From Bacteroidota bacterium (GTDB taxonomy: Bacteria > Bacteroidota > Bacteroidia > AKYH767-A > OLB10), in assembly GCA_016713445.1 (NCBI GenBank), contig JADJPB010000014.1, positions 128,317 to 192,316 on the forward strand: a stretch of DNA of 64,000 nucleotides, in the 5' to 3' direction. A model generated the notes under the pieces. That model had not been told where the DNA came from. It saw nothing but the letters and a program-made list of their open reading frames with translations, and did not search any database. A program made the translations under genes and the position numbers. Positions 21,953 to 33,135 of this stretch are shown here, piece after piece. Numbering within the stretch: position 1 is the first letter of the stretch; the number at the start of each line of letters is the position of its first letter.

Positions 21953-24514
21953 TCATTCTTTTTTTAAGTCATCGAGATATTTAGAAGCAATTTTAATATG
22001 ATTGATCCATTCTGTTTCTGTAGTAGTATCTGCTGCTTTAACAGCGAGTTTAGCTTGACTGTTGCAATGGTTGATGATGTCTACAAGTGCCTGCACTCCA
22101 GCAAGACGTGTAATCCATTCTTCGTTTTCTTTTGAAAAGCTGTAGATGGTTTCTAAGCCATCATTAATGTTATTATGAATATTACAATTTTTTAAAAATT
22201 TTCCATAATTCTGCATATGTGAATAAGACGAAAATCCTGTGCTGCTTAATAATGATTTTTTCATATATACAGATTGAGCATCACTCCCCGATTTACTATA
22301 AAGTCCGCTAAGTATTCGCCGTATTCTCGAATGATTGTCTCCTTCCAATTGCGATGCGATGAGCAAGGTGCCATCTTTGTCTCTCTTAGCAAGTGCTAGA
22401 ATGGCAGTTTCAACAACCGAATAAGCACTATCATGAATTGCATTTTTAAAATAAATTATTAATTCGTCGTCGTTATAATATTCGTCTAGAGCAGTCATTG
22501 CCGCATCTCTCACATCACTTTTGGAATCATTTATTCCAAGAGTCATTAATGTTTTCTTGAGGATCGCTTTATCTTCTGACTTTGCCAATGTCTCTATGTT
22601 ATTAATGGCGTATTCTCTGATTTTCCAGTTCTTGTCGTTCAGTGCAAGGCGAATTATTTCAGCTTCCGAACTTCCCGCCTTGTAATCATTAGAAAGGGCT
22701 TGTAAGGCATCGAAGCGATCCTGAAAAAGAGATCCTTTTTGATAGAGCGTTACCCATTCTTGGGGGGTGTGGTTATCTTTGCGTACGGCAAGAAGCATTT
22801 TTTCGGCATCAACATTTACTAATTCAGGTTTTGTTTCTGCCGGGAAACTGAAGGTCTGTTCAACTTGATTCAATATAATTTTTTTTCGTTGGATGGTATT
22901 GTTGCTATAGAAATCTATTTCTATAGGCAATTGATAGAGCGGAAATTCTTGTAGATTTTGTTCTTGACGGATCGTAACTCTTTGAATTTTTAAAGCAGCA
23001 TCGTAATTGTAATCGATGTTGAGAATCGGATGCCCTTTTGCTAAATACCATTGATTGAAAAACCAATTCAGATCTTGCCCACTCACTTCTTCGAAAGCAA
23101 GACGTAATTGATGTACCTCTACATTTTTATATTGGTTTGCCGTTAAATAATGTTTTAGCGAAGCAAAGAAGATTTCATCTCCTAAATATTTTCGAAGCAT
23201 ATGAATGACTAGACCACCTTTCTCGTAACTGTGTTTGTCAAACATGTCTTCCGGCGCATCATAGTGAAATCGAATGAGATTTTCATTTTTTGTTTTCGAT
23301 TCACGCAAATAGGAATTCAAATCGTTTTGATGGTAAATATCAGCTTCTTCTTTTCCGAATTTATACTCGTTCCATAAGTATTCACCATAGGTTGCGAAAC
23401 CTTCGTTTAAAGTAGTATTCGACCATGACTCACACGTTACATAATCACCAAACCATTGATGAAAAAGTTCATGTGAAATAAATTCTTGATAATCTCCATC
23501 TAATAATTCACGTTCGTCTCGCTGTAAGAATTCGCCATGAATGGTCGCCGAAGTATTTTCCATGGCTCCACTTACGTAATCACGAACTACGATTTGACTG
23601 TATTTGTCCCATGGATACTCAACCCCCAATTTGCTGGAGAAAAAAGTCATCATCTCCGGCGTGTTACCAAAAATTCTACGAGCTACTTTTTCATATTCGG
23701 GTTCTACATAATAGCTAACCTCTTTTCCTTTCCATGTATCTTTTACAATCGCAAAATTCCCGATAGCCATCATGCACAAATAAGGAGAGTGGGGTAAGTT
23801 GTGTTTCCAAGTATCTGTTCGCGTTCCATCTACATTGATAGCACTATTCGCTAATATGCCATTGCTAACGGTTTTGAATTTATTATCCACAGTGATCTTG
23901 ATCTCTTGCGTCATTTTCTGATTGGGTGCATCAATGGTTGGAAACCAAACAGAACTTGCTTGTGTTTCCCCTTGCGTCCAAATTTGCATGGGTTTGTTTT
24001 TTTCTTTTCCATCAGGATTTATAAAGTATAATCCTTTGTCACTGGTAATAGCTCTGCTTCCTCCAATATTCGACAACTCGTCTGGCTTAGCAATGTAATC
24101 AATATACAAAGTGATGGGCTCATCTTTAGTATAAGCACGCTCTAAAAAAACATGTAAACTATCGTTCGCATAGTCGTATTTCACAGGTAAAGTATCTTTT
24201 CCATTTATTTGCTTCACGTAATTTATTTGCATTCCACGTGCATTTAACCAAATATTTTTTTGTGGCAAAGCATGAGCTTTTATCGTCAGCGTTGATGTGC
24301 CCAATAAATATTTTTTACTCCAGTCAAATCGAACATCCAATTGCATGTGAATCAAATCGTGCAGCTTTGTAACAGACGCTCTGTAGTCCATATTCTCCGG
24401 GCTTACATTGATCTCTGGCAATTGTCGGATTTCGGTTGAAATTGGCTGCTTAGTCTTACAGGAAAAGAGGAATAGAGTTGGTATCAGCAGGGTGAATATA
24501 TTTATGTTTCTCAT
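21953..24514 (-). CDS. pepN: M1 family metallo-aminopeptidase (aminopeptidase N-like) with HEAT-like C-terminal region
   Basis: GAMEN motif (VSGAMENTSA), HELFHQWFGDYVT zinc motif plus a downstream E (WSNTTLNEGFATY), and a signal peptide or lipoprotein start. Confidence 0.9.
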   Translation of the reverse strand: MRNINIFTLLIPTLFLFSCKTKQPISTEIRQLPEINVSPENMDYRASVTKLHDLIHMQLDVRFDWSKKYLLGTSTLTIKAHALPQKNIWLNARGMQINYVKQINGKDTLPVKYDYANDSLHVFLERAYTKDEPITLYIDYIAKPDELSNIGGSRAITSDKGLYFINPDGKEKNKPMQIWTQGETQASSVWFPTIDAPNQKMTQEIKITVDNKFKTVSNGILANSAINVDGTRTDTWKHNLPHSPYLCMMAIGNFAIVKDTWKGKEVSYYVEPEYEKVARRIFGNTPEMMTFFSSKLGVEYPWDKYSQIVVRDYVSGAMENTSATIHGEFLQRDERELLDGDYQEFISHELFHQWFGDYVTCESWSNTTLNEGFATYGEYLWNEYKFGKEEADIYHQNDLNSYLRESKTKNENLIRFHYDAPEDMFDKHSYEKGGLVIHMLRKYLGDEIFFASLKHYLTANQYKNVEVHQLRLAFEEVSGQDLNWFFNQWYLAKGHPILNIDYNYDAALKIQRVTIRQEQNLQEFPLYQLPIEIDFYSNNTIQRKKIILNQVEQTFSFPAETKPELVNVDAEKMLLAVRKDNHTPQEWVTLYQKGSLFQDRFDALQALSNDYKAGSSEAEIIRLALNDKNWKIREYAINNIETLAKSEDKAILKKTLMTLGINDSKSDVRDAAMTALDEYYNDDELIIYFKNAIHDSAYSVVETAILALAKRDKDGTLLIASQLEGDNHSRIRRILSGLYSKSGSDAQSVYMKKSLLSSTGFSSYSHMQNYGKFLKNCNIHNNINDGLETIYSFSKENEEWITRLAGVQALVDIINHCNSQAKLAVKAADTTTETEWINHIKIASKYLDDLKKE

Positions 24515-24657
24515 AGCTCGCGATTATTCCCTCAAAAGTAATATTTAAATAACTATTATCCATAAGAGGTCTCTTGGTCGATGGAATAATTGAGTTTATC
24601 GGATGGGAAAGAAAAAAGCCCACCCAATATGGATGAGCTTTACTTTTTTTAAATTTT

Positions 24658-25470
24658 TTATTTCAATGTAAAAGAAATGGGAAGTTGGAATTGTACATTT
24701 ACCGCTTGTCCGTTCTGTTTGCCCGGTTTCCACGTCGGCATTGTTTTGATTACCCGAATGGCTTCTTCTTCACATCCACCACCAATTCCACGGAGTAATT
24801 CTATGTTTTTGATTTCTCCTTTTTGATCCACAATAAAACTAATATTTACGATTCCTGAAATATTGTTCTCTCGAGCTGCGGATGGGTATTTAATGTTTTT
24901 ACGAATAAATTTTAACATTTCATTTTCTCCACCTAGAAACATCGGCATTTCTTCCACCCAGATAAAAGTTTTGGTGTTGCCATTTCCTGTATTATCTTTT
25001 GTGTCTGGCATTGGATCTTTCCCCGGTACAGAATCTACATCATTGGTTTTGGTGGCCAAAGTGAGTTTTGATAGATCTTCTTGTGTAAACCCCTTGGAAA
25101 TACTGTCAACATCTCTTACTAATAGATTTGTATATTGCTTACTTGAACTGGGTGGAGTAGGTGGTTGTACTTCAGTTTTTTCTGGGAGGGGAATAATTTC
25201 ATCAGGCAAAATGACCTCGGTAATATCTAGAATGACATCCGGTTTTTCAAAGGGTAAAATTATTTTTTCGGGACTAAAGTGCCGGACAATGCTTGGGGTC
25301 AATACAAGTAGAGTTAATCCAATGAAACTTAAGAGTACGGCTTTGATTACCGTGCGATTGTAGTCGCGACGAATGATGTAGGCTCCATATGCCTGGTTTC
25401 TGTCTTGAAATACGAGGGCTAGTCTTTCGGTGGAGATGGGGTTATCCCAATTGTTGCTGAAGGTTTTCAT
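24658..25470 (-). CDS. tonB: Energy transducer TonB family protein
   Basis: N-terminal TM anchor, a Pro-rich linker (PLPEKTEVQPPTPP), and a TonB C-terminal domain (..YPSAARENNISGIVNISFIVDQKGEI..). Confidence 0.8.
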   Translation of the reverse strand: MKTFSNNWDNPISTERLALVFQDRNQAYGAYIIRRDYNRTVIKAVLLSFIGLTLLVLTPSIVRHFSPEKIILPFEKPDVILDITEVILPDEIIPLPEKTEVQPPTPPSSSKQYTNLLVRDVDSISKGFTQEDLSKLTLATKTNDVDSVPGKDPMPDTKDNTGNGNTKTFIWVEEMPMFLGGENEMLKFIRKNIKYPSAARENNISGIVNISFIVDQKGEIKNIELLRGIGGGCEEEAIRVIKTMPTWKPGKQNGQAVNVQFQLPISFTLK

Positions 25471-25680
25471 AATATTATTTTGTTAGGATCTATGAGCTTA
25501 ACGATGCAGATCGTCGGCATATTCCATACGATGGTCAGCACTTTGTCAGGTTTTGCCGATGGAATATTGAGCAAAAGAAGCGGTTGGCAAATGGATTAAG
25601 GACTTTTGTTTGAAATTTTGATAACCGCACTCTTTTTTTTCACCCCTAATTATTACTATTGTAATCTAAATCTAAAAGCT

Positions 25681-26139
25681 ATGTTTATCGGACTCTTGCA
25701 TTTCCACAGTTTGTTAAGATGGGTGCTTCTTATCTTATTGATAGTCGTTGTTATTAAAGCCATCAGAGGTCGCAATGGCGGTATTCAGTTTTCGAAGGGC
25801 GATAAAAAGCTTTCGCTGTTTACCATGATTTCGGCTCACTTGCAATTGATTTTAGGCGGTTTTTTATATGCTGTGAGTCCGACCGTCCAAAATGCTATTT
25901 CGAATATGGGAGCAGCAATGAAAGATGGAGTAGCACGATTTTGGGCTGTCGAGCATATTTTGATGATGATCATTGCCATCGCATTCTTAACGATCGGACA
26001 TATTAAATGCAAAAAGGCTAAAGGGGATGAAGCTAAATTCAAAGCCCAAGCTTTGTATTTTACCTTAGGACTTATCTTAATCTTAGCATCTATCCCTTGG
26101 CCCTTCCGTGAAGTAGGTTTTGGGAGAGGGTGGTTTTAG
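25681..26139 (+). CDS. Four-TM membrane protein of unknown function
   Basis: An in-frame ATG at 25681 gives MFIGLLHFHSLLRWVLLILLIVVV.... The ORF track starts it earlier, at 25606. Confidence 0.5.
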   Translation: MFIGLLHFHSLLRWVLLILLIVVVIKAIRGRNGGIQFSKGDKKLSLFTMISAHLQLILGGFLYAVSPTVQNAISNMGAAMKDGVARFWAVEHILMMIIAIAFLTIGHIKCKKAKGDEAKFKAQALYFTLGLILILASIPWPFREVGFGRGWF

Positions 26140-26439
26140 TTTGTTGAAGATTTAATTTACTAGAATCTACAATGGAACCTGCCTATGATTCGGTAGGCAA
26201 GCACTGATTTTTTAAGATGGTAATGATTTTTATGATTAATTTCGAAAGAATACAGAATTGGTCTCAAATTCATTCGCATAAAAGATGGAAGTTTTCGTTG
26301 CTATCGCTGCTGAATCGTAGCGACCGTTGCGCCTGCCTGCAGCAGGCAGGTTTAAGATGAATTCTATTTTTTTCTGAAGTTTATTTTTCAATATTGATTC
26401 AAGTAGTGTTTTTGTATTGATTTAAAATGGTATTATCAG

Positions 26440-26492
26440 TTCTCAGTGTTTCTCAGTGTTTCTCCGTGCCACCTCTGTGCCTCCGTGGTTAA
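26440..26492. repeat. Copy (inverted orientation) of the CAC[N]GAG-type dispersed repeat
   Basis: The reverse complement, ACCACGGAGGCACAGAGGTGGCACGGAGAAACACTGAGAAACACTGAGA, matches the cores at 27995-28040 and 28172-28215. Confidence 0.8.
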
Positions 26493-26664
26493 AAATGGAT
26501 TTCTATGAGGTCTGGATTTTATTTTCTAGTATAAATCCCTTCTATTTTCTATGTAGTTGAATTTTATTCATTATTTCTTCTTTTAATCCAGAATTATGAA
26601 TCCAATCAATTTCCTTAACTTCGCACATCAATTCACCTTTATTTATCTCTAGTAAAATAATTCA

Positions 26665-27894
26665 TTGCCACATACTCCACACGATTTAACCATAGCGCCT
26701 GAGCGTATTATCCTCATCGGACTTTCAACTCGCGATAACGACATGGATCGCGTCACCGAATACCTCGATGAACTCGAATTTTTAGCCGAGACTGCCGGCG
26801 GATTTACTGTAAAACGCTTCACGCAAAAACTCGATCGTCCCGATATCCGAACATTTGTTGGAAAAGGAAAGATGGAAGAGATCATTGCGTTTATTAAAGC
26901 TAACGATATTCAAATTGCGATCTTTGACGATGAACTTTCGCCATCACAGCTACGCAATATTGAAAAAATAATTGGATGTCGAGTGTTAGATCGTACAAAT
27001 CTCATTCTCGATATTTTCGCAAAACGAGCTCGCTCTGCACAAGCAAAGGTGCAAGTGGAGTTGGCGCAGTATCGTTATCTCCTTCCCCGACTCACTCGTA
27101 TGTGGACTCACTTAGAGAAGCAGGCAGGAGGCATCGGAGCACGTGGTCCTGGTGAATCGGAAATTGAAACCGACCGTCGTGTGATTCGCGAAAAGCTTAC
27201 ACGCTTGCGTGAAAAGCTTTCTGAAATTGAAAAGCAAAGTGTAACACAACGTAAACGCAGAGCGGATGTAGTGCGTGTGGCATTGGTAGGTTATACCAAC
27301 GTTGGAAAAAGCACGCTGATGAACTTACTCGCCAAGAGTGATGTGTTCGCCGAGAATAAATTATTTGCTACGTTGGATACCACAGTGCGAAAAGTTGTCA
27401 TCGATCGCATTCCGTTTTTGTTATCCGATACCGTTGGATTCATCCGCAAACTTCCTCACGATTTAATTGAATCGTTTAAATCTACTTTGGATGAAGTACG
27501 TGAAGCGGATATCTTAGTGCATGTAGTCGATATCTCACATCCTAATTTTGAAGATCATATTCATGTAGTGAATGAAACTTTGGCTGATTTAAAAGCAATT
27601 GACAAACCCATTCTTTTAGTTTTCAATAAAATTGATGCTTACACTTTCATCAAAAAAGACGAAGACGATTTACTCGAAGCCGGTCCCGAAAATCGCAGCC
27701 TCGACGATCTCAAAAAATCGTACATGGCTCGTGGTACGCATCCTGTTATTTTTATCTCTGCCATGAAAAAGCAAAACATCGACGAACTCCGAGCTGCCAT
27801 GATGGGCTTAGTAAAACAAACTCACTTCATCCGCTACCCGCACAACCAACTCGAAGCCGATATTGATTTTCAAGAGGAAGAAATTCCTGAGTGA
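26665..27894 (+). CDS. hflX: GTPase HflX
   Basis: HflX N-domain (..ELEFLAETAGG..), G motifs (GYTNVGKST, DTVGFI, NKID), 409 aa. The start codon (TTG at 26665) is uncertain. Confidence 0.9.
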   Translation: MPHTPHDLTIAPERIILIGLSTRDNDMDRVTEYLDELEFLAETAGGFTVKRFTQKLDRPDIRTFVGKGKMEEIIAFIKANDIQIAIFDDELSPSQLRNIEKIIGCRVLDRTNLILDIFAKRARSAQAKVQVELAQYRYLLPRLTRMWTHLEKQAGGIGARGPGESEIETDRRVIREKLTRLREKLSEIEKQSVTQRKRRADVVRVALVGYTNVGKSTLMNLLAKSDVFAENKLFATLDTTVRKVVIDRIPFLLSDTVGFIRKLPHDLIESFKSTLDEVREADILVHVVDISHPNFEDHIHVVNETLADLKAIDKPILLVFNKIDAYTFIKKDEDDLLEAGPENRSLDDLKKSYMARGTHPVIFISAMKKQNIDELRAAMMGLVKQTHFIRYPHNQLEADIDFQEEEIPE

Positions 27895-27940
27895 TATTCA
27901 AGTTTATTTGCCGTTTAGTTTATAGTGAATATCCTTCGTT

Positions 27941-28255
27941 ATAAACATAAATTTTTCAAGTGAAAAAAATGGCATCCATATAATATCTATCTTTTACCAC
28001 GGAGGCACGGAGAAGGCACAGAGAAACACGGAGGTATTCCAATAAATTAATAATTTTTAGTCTTCCTAAAAAAATTCTCCTGCTATCTGAAATTAGTAGT
28101 TTGAAGCTTTTCAAAATAAACATAAATTTTTTCGAGTGAAAAAAATTGAAGTCATTATATTATCTATCTTTTTACCACGGAGGCACGGAGGAGGCATAGA
28201 GAAACACGGAGGTATTCCGATAAATTAATAATTTTAAGACTTAATAAAATTCTCT
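27941..28255 (+). repeat. Two direct copies (175-bp offset) of a ~140-bp element containing the TACCACGGAGGCACGGAG... core
   Basis: 27941-28080 aligns with 28116-28255 (ataaacataaattttt..gtgaaaaaaat..tatctatcttttaccacggaggcacggag..gagaaacacggaggtattcc.ataaattaataatttt). Confidence 0.85.
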
Positions 28256-28449
28256 AGAGTCCAGAATCTAAAATTGGACACGAGGTACAATTATTTTAAT
28301 AGCCTAGATGTTTTCCAATCCTTCAACTCACCAATTTGCCATCGCGAAGCCTCGCGAAACCAATTTGCCAATTCGTATGTAAACGCTTATAGTCGACTAT
28401 AAACGTTTATCTCCCGAGTAATTAGTTCATCCTTCCCTATCCTTGCATC

Positions 28450-29154
28450 ATGTGGACAGGAATAAAAATAATTATTGAAGATCTTCTCAATTTCTTCTAT
28501 CCAAATTTATGTGCAGCTTGTAGCGAACATCTAGTAAAGGGCGAAGATGGAATTTGTTTAGGGTGTATGGTGACGATGCCGGTGACTTCTTTCGAGAAGG
28601 ACGCTAGTAATCCTGTCATCAAGCAATTTTGGGGCAAGGTGCCCATAAGCGCAGCCACAGCTTATTGTCATTTCAGTAAAGGTGGACGCATCCAACGAAT
28701 GATCCATCAACTTAAATATGAAGGGCGGTCGGATGTGGGCGTAAAGCTAGGGCAACTTTGTGCCTATCGATTACTAAAATCTCCGCATTATGCCAACCAT
28801 GATCTTGTGATTCCGATACCCTTGCATCCGCATAAATTACGTTTTCGGGGATACAATCAAGCCGCCAGTTTTGGGAAAGGATTGGCGGAAGTGATGGGAA
28901 TTCAGCAAATGGCCGATGCACTTTATCGTAAAAGAAATACCGTCAGCCAAACCAGCAAACACCGACTCGAACGCGCCGCCAATGTGTCGAATGTGTTTGA
29001 AGCCTTGGATGAGAACATCTTAAAAGGAAAGAAAATACTATTAGTAGATGATGTAATTACCACAGGATCAACATTAATAGCTGCAGCTGAAGCCCTTTTA
29101 AAAATTCCAGGCGTGCAGGTGAGTATTGTGACCATTGCCTTTGCTCGCCTCTAG
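28450..29154 (+). CDS. ComF family protein / amidophosphoribosyltransferase-like
   Basis: N-terminal CxxC...CxxC zinc-finger pattern and a C-terminal PRTase motif (KKILLVDDVITTGSTL). Confidence 0.8.
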   Translation: MWTGIKIIIEDLLNFFYPNLCAACSEHLVKGEDGICLGCMVTMPVTSFEKDASNPVIKQFWGKVPISAATAYCHFSKGGRIQRMIHQLKYEGRSDVGVKLGQLCAYRLLKSPHYANHDLVIPIPLHPHKLRFRGYNQAASFGKGLAEVMGIQQMADALYRKRNTVSQTSKHRLERAANVSNVFEALDENILKGKKILLVDDVITTGSTLIAAAEALLKIPGVQVSIVTIAFARL

Positions 29155-29176
29155 AGAGCGACTATCTTTGTGCCCG

Positions 29177-29695
29177 ATGGCCGAAGCATTGGAAATAGCC
29201 CCAAAAGGAGCAAGTAAAAAGGAGCGTTATGAAATGCTCTTGCCCCAGTTGAAGTACTTGGTGGAGGATGAAGATGATTTGATCGCCAATTGCGCTAACA
29301 TCATGGCGGCATTGAAAGAAGCGTTTGGCTTTTTCTGGGTCGGTGTTTATTTCGTTAAGGCGGAGGAGTTAGTCCTCGGTCCGTTTCAAGGCCCTTTGGC
29401 TTGCACTCGCATCGGCTACGGAAAAGGGGTGTGCGGATTAGCTTGGAAAGAAGCCCGCGTTATTTTAGTTCCTGATGTTGATCAATTCCCCGGACATATT
29501 GCTTGCAGTTCCTTGTCAAAATCAGAAATCGTATTACCCATCCTATACAAAGATCGCGTAGTGATGATTTTGGATGTGGACAGTGATCAGCTCAATGATT
29601 TTGATGAAGTGGATGCACAGTATTTGCAATCGCTTGCATCATTAATGAGTGAAATATTCGCTAAATCAATTCCCGTTGAAAAAAGTAATTTATAG
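29177..29695 (+). CDS. GAF domain protein (free methionine-R-sulfoxide reductase-like)
   Basis: MAEALEIAP...FFWVGVYFVKAEELVLGPFQGPLACTRIGYGKGVCG...VLPI... matches the single-GAF YebR/MsrC type. Confidence 0.7.
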   Translation: MAEALEIAPKGASKKERYEMLLPQLKYLVEDEDDLIANCANIMAALKEAFGFFWVGVYFVKAEELVLGPFQGPLACTRIGYGKGVCGLAWKEARVILVPDVDQFPGHIACSSLSKSEIVLPILYKDRVVMILDVDSDQLNDFDEVDAQYLQSLASLMSEIFAKSIPVEKSNL

Positions 29696-31282
29696 TCTCC
29701 TCGTTTTATTCTTGGCATCTTGTGCGAATAGAGTCACACCAACAGGTGGTGATAAAGACGTGGAAGCACCTAAATTATTAGAATCAATTCCCGAGAACAA
29801 GAGTACGCAATTTGCTAGCAAGGAAATTCATTTGCATTTCGATGAGTTCATCACCTTAAACGATTTGCAAGGACAATTCTTAGTGAGTCCGCTCATGAGT
29901 AAAATGCCCGAAGTGAAAGCAAACAAGCGCGAAGTCATCATCACCTTGCCAGATGATTTAACTCCCAACTCAACGTACACTTTAAATTTTGGTAAATCAA
30001 TTGTAGATGTGCACGAAGCAAATCCACTGGAGAATTTCCAGTATGTTTTTTCTACGGGTGATTATTTAGATTCATTAAAAGTGGAAGGAAAAGTGGTAGA
30101 TGCATCCACCGTAGTTGGATTAAAAAGTATAACGGTATTGGTGTACCGTAAATCGAAGGACACTTACCAAGACAGCATCGTTTTTAGAAAACGCCCCGAT
30201 TATTTCGCAAAGACGAATGAAACTGGCGAATTCAAAATTGAGAATATGGCTGCAGGTTCATACCAACTTTTTGCGGTAGATGATAAAAATAGCAATTACG
30301 TATGTGATAGTAGCGGAGAGGAAACATTAGCCTTTATGGATTCTAGCATTGTGTTACCTGGAGATGCTCATCCTGAATTACGCCTTTCTAACTTAGAACC
30401 TGCATCACCACGTTTCTTAAAAGCGCTCCGACTCGATCGTTACTCGGCCATGATTTCTTTCAATAAAAGAATTGATTCTTTAGTATTAAAAACTTTAGAC
30501 AATAAATCTTGGAAAGGAACAAAGTATTCCACTGCCAACCGCGATACTTTTTATTTTTACTCTCCAGATACCATTTCCGATTCCTTATCCTTGTTAATGT
30601 ACGAGGGTGATAAAATTATTGATACACTTGTGCAAACTTTAGCACCTCCCGTAGGAGTGAAAGGTTCAATATCCCGACTTCGAATAAATCCTCGACACTC
30701 TCCCGCTTCCTTTGGTCCCTCTTCTCCATTTATACTGAATGCCAATCACCCCTTGCAACTGAAATTAGATTCAGCCGAAGTCGTGGAAGACAGTTCAAAA
30801 GCGATTCGTTTACCCTTAGAAATGATAGATGCGTTGACAGGATATTTTAAAATTGATTTCCCTTGGCAAAACGGGAAAAAATATAAAGTCACCATTTTAC
30901 CGGAAGCCATAAAAGACATTTATGCCCTCACTAACGATACAGTCAAACTAGAATTTTAGTTCCTACCGAAGAAAATACAGCGATGCTAAGCATCAAAACG
31001 CAAAACTTAAATTCGGATAAAAATTATTTACTTCAAATCCTCACCGAAAAATTCGAGCTCCTCCGAGAACTTGAAATCAGCCACGACTCTTCCTACACTT
31101 TTTCCTACCTCAATCCAAGTCCTATCAAGCTCCGCCTCGTAGAAGACACTAACCGCGATCATCGCTATACCTATTCGCATTACGCCCAAAAGCGCCAACC
31201 CGAAAAAGTCTTCATTTATCCCGAAACCATCACACTGAGAGCCAACTGGGAACTAGAGGTCGTGTTCATCTTACCGAAGTAG
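29676..31282 (+). CDS. Ig-like domain lipoprotein (one frameshift near 30950 as sequenced)
   Basis: A TTG start gives MKKVIYSLLVLFLASCANRVTPTGGDKDVEAPKL.. (lipobox). ORF 30983-31282 continues the protein after the frame break. Confidence 0.6.
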
Positions 31283-31475
31283 ATTTCGTTACATCTAATT
31301 TTCGGCCCGCATCAGCATTACGTGTATTGCAAATTGGCAAATTGGTGTATTGGTGAATTGCTGCGCTTTGTTTTCGTGATCGCGTCCATTTTTTCGAATT
31401 TTCGCATTTTCGTGCCTGCCTACCGAAGCTTGCGCCACCGCTTTAGTTTTAGCGCACGCGGTTAGCATAGGTAGG

Positions 31476-31790
31476 TTCATTCGCATTTCGCGTCAAGAGA
31501 TTTTAGTAAATTCGTAAATTCGCGTATTCGTATCGCGAAGCCTCGCGACGTACTTTCGTATCGATTCGTTCCCTATAGTTATCGGGATCGCCTTCATTTT
31601 TTTCGCATTTTCGTGTTCATTCGCATTTCGCGTCAAGAGATTTTAGTAAATTCGTAAATTCGCGTATTCGTATCGCGAAGCCTCGCGACGTACTTTCGTA
31701 TCGATTCGCTCCCAATAGCTATCGGGATCTCGTTCATTTTTTCGCATTTTCGCATTTTCGTGTTCATTCGCATTTCGCGTCTGTACGATT
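31476..31790 (+). repeat. About 2.3 tandem copies of a 137-bp unit rich in TTCG motifs, each carrying two palindromes
   Basis: gttcattcgcatttcgcgtcaagagattttagtaaattcgtaaattcgcgtattcgtatcgcgaagcctcgcgacgtactttcgtatcgattcg... recurs at 31476 and 31613, with a partial third copy from ~31762. Confidence 0.85.
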
Positions 31791-31813
31791 TCGTTTATAT
31801 TTGTATTACTATT

Positions 31814-32226
31814 ATGAACTCAAAAATCAATTCCTCAAAAGCCCCGAACCTGTCGGCCTTTACCCTCATGCACGCCGTGTTGGCGATTTATTATTCTTAT
31901 CGGGTGTAGGACCGCGAGAACGTGGCACCAAAATTATTCCAGGTGTAGAACAAGATGCAACTGGAAAAGTAATTTCTTACGATATCGAAGCGCAATGCCA
32001 TTCTGTTTTTAGAAACATCAAATACATTTTAGAAGATGCAGGCAGTAGCTGGGATAAAATTATTGACGTCACTGTTTTTTTAACGAATATGAAAGACGAC
32101 TTCGCGACTTACAATCGAATCTATGCAGAATATTTTAAAGATAACCAACCTTGCCGTACCACGGTTGAGATTAATTGCTTGCCTACGCCGATTGGGATAG
32201 AGTTGAAGGTGATTGCAACAGTTTAG
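31814..32226 (+). CDS. ridA: RidA/YjgF family reactive-intermediate deaminase (frameshift near 31845 as sequenced)
   Basis: ATG at 31814 gives MNSKINSSKAP, then the ORF frame continues EPVGLYPHARRVGDLLFLSGVGPR...CRTTVEINCLP...ELKVIA. Confidence 0.8.
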
Positions 32227-32386
32227 TCTTGTCTATTGAAATTTTAGGCACATAATATTTATACTTAAACGCGGGGGGCGCAGCGGTTACGCAGCGATCA
32301 CTCCTTTTGACAAGTTCAGTCTAAAGTAAACAAATCAGTGAAAATCCGTTTTATCCGTGTCATCCGCGTTCCTTTTTTTAAAGCTA

Positions 32387-33134
32387 TTAATCAAACCACA
32401 CATAAAGTTTTTCCAACGAAATTTCATTTTTCGAAACGGCAGAAATATCTTGTTCCACCTTCCCTTCTTTCATAAAAAGTATCCTATTCCCGAATTGAAT
32501 ACAATCTTTTAAGCGATGTGTTACCAATAAAGCGCAAATCTTTTTTTCTTGAATGATGTTTTTTGCGAGTTCCATGATGAGCTCTGAGGAGCGAGGATCT
32601 AAAGCAGAGGTAGGTTCGTCCATCAGCAATATTTTGCAATTGTCCATGGTACTCATTAGAAGCGTGAGCGCCTGTCGTTGACCGCCACTGAGTTGTCCCA
32701 TGGGTGTGTCGAGTTTGTTTTCTAATCCCATCCCTATGCGTTGAATACTATCGGATACGCCTTGCCGAAATGTGGCGTTGATGCCAATTTGTAATTTTTG
32801 AAGAGGTGCGTAATGCAGCCAATCGAAAATTTTCAAGTATACTTAAGTCTGGCGCCGTGCCCATCAGTGGATTTTGAAAGAGGCGAGCGATGTATTTGCT
32901 TCGTTGATGCTCCTGTAAGTTGTTTACTGAAACTCCATCAAAAAGTATAGTTCCTGCATCGGGCGGATAGGTTCCCGCCAACAAGTTTAATAATGTTGAT
33001 TTTCCCGATCCATTCGCACCGACTACCACCACAAAATCTTCCGACGCTATTTGTAATTGCAAATCCTGAATGGCTTTAACTTCCATCGCTTCTCCCGAAT
33101 GAAAAGTTTTATGGATATGTTGCAACTGAATCAT
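32387..33134 (-). CDS. ABC transporter ATP-binding protein (one frameshift near 32750-32830)
   Basis: Walker A GANGSGKST (piece 32748-33134) and the signature LSGGQRQ plus Walker B ILLMDEP (piece 32387-32836). Confidence 0.85.
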
Positions 33135-33135
33135 A

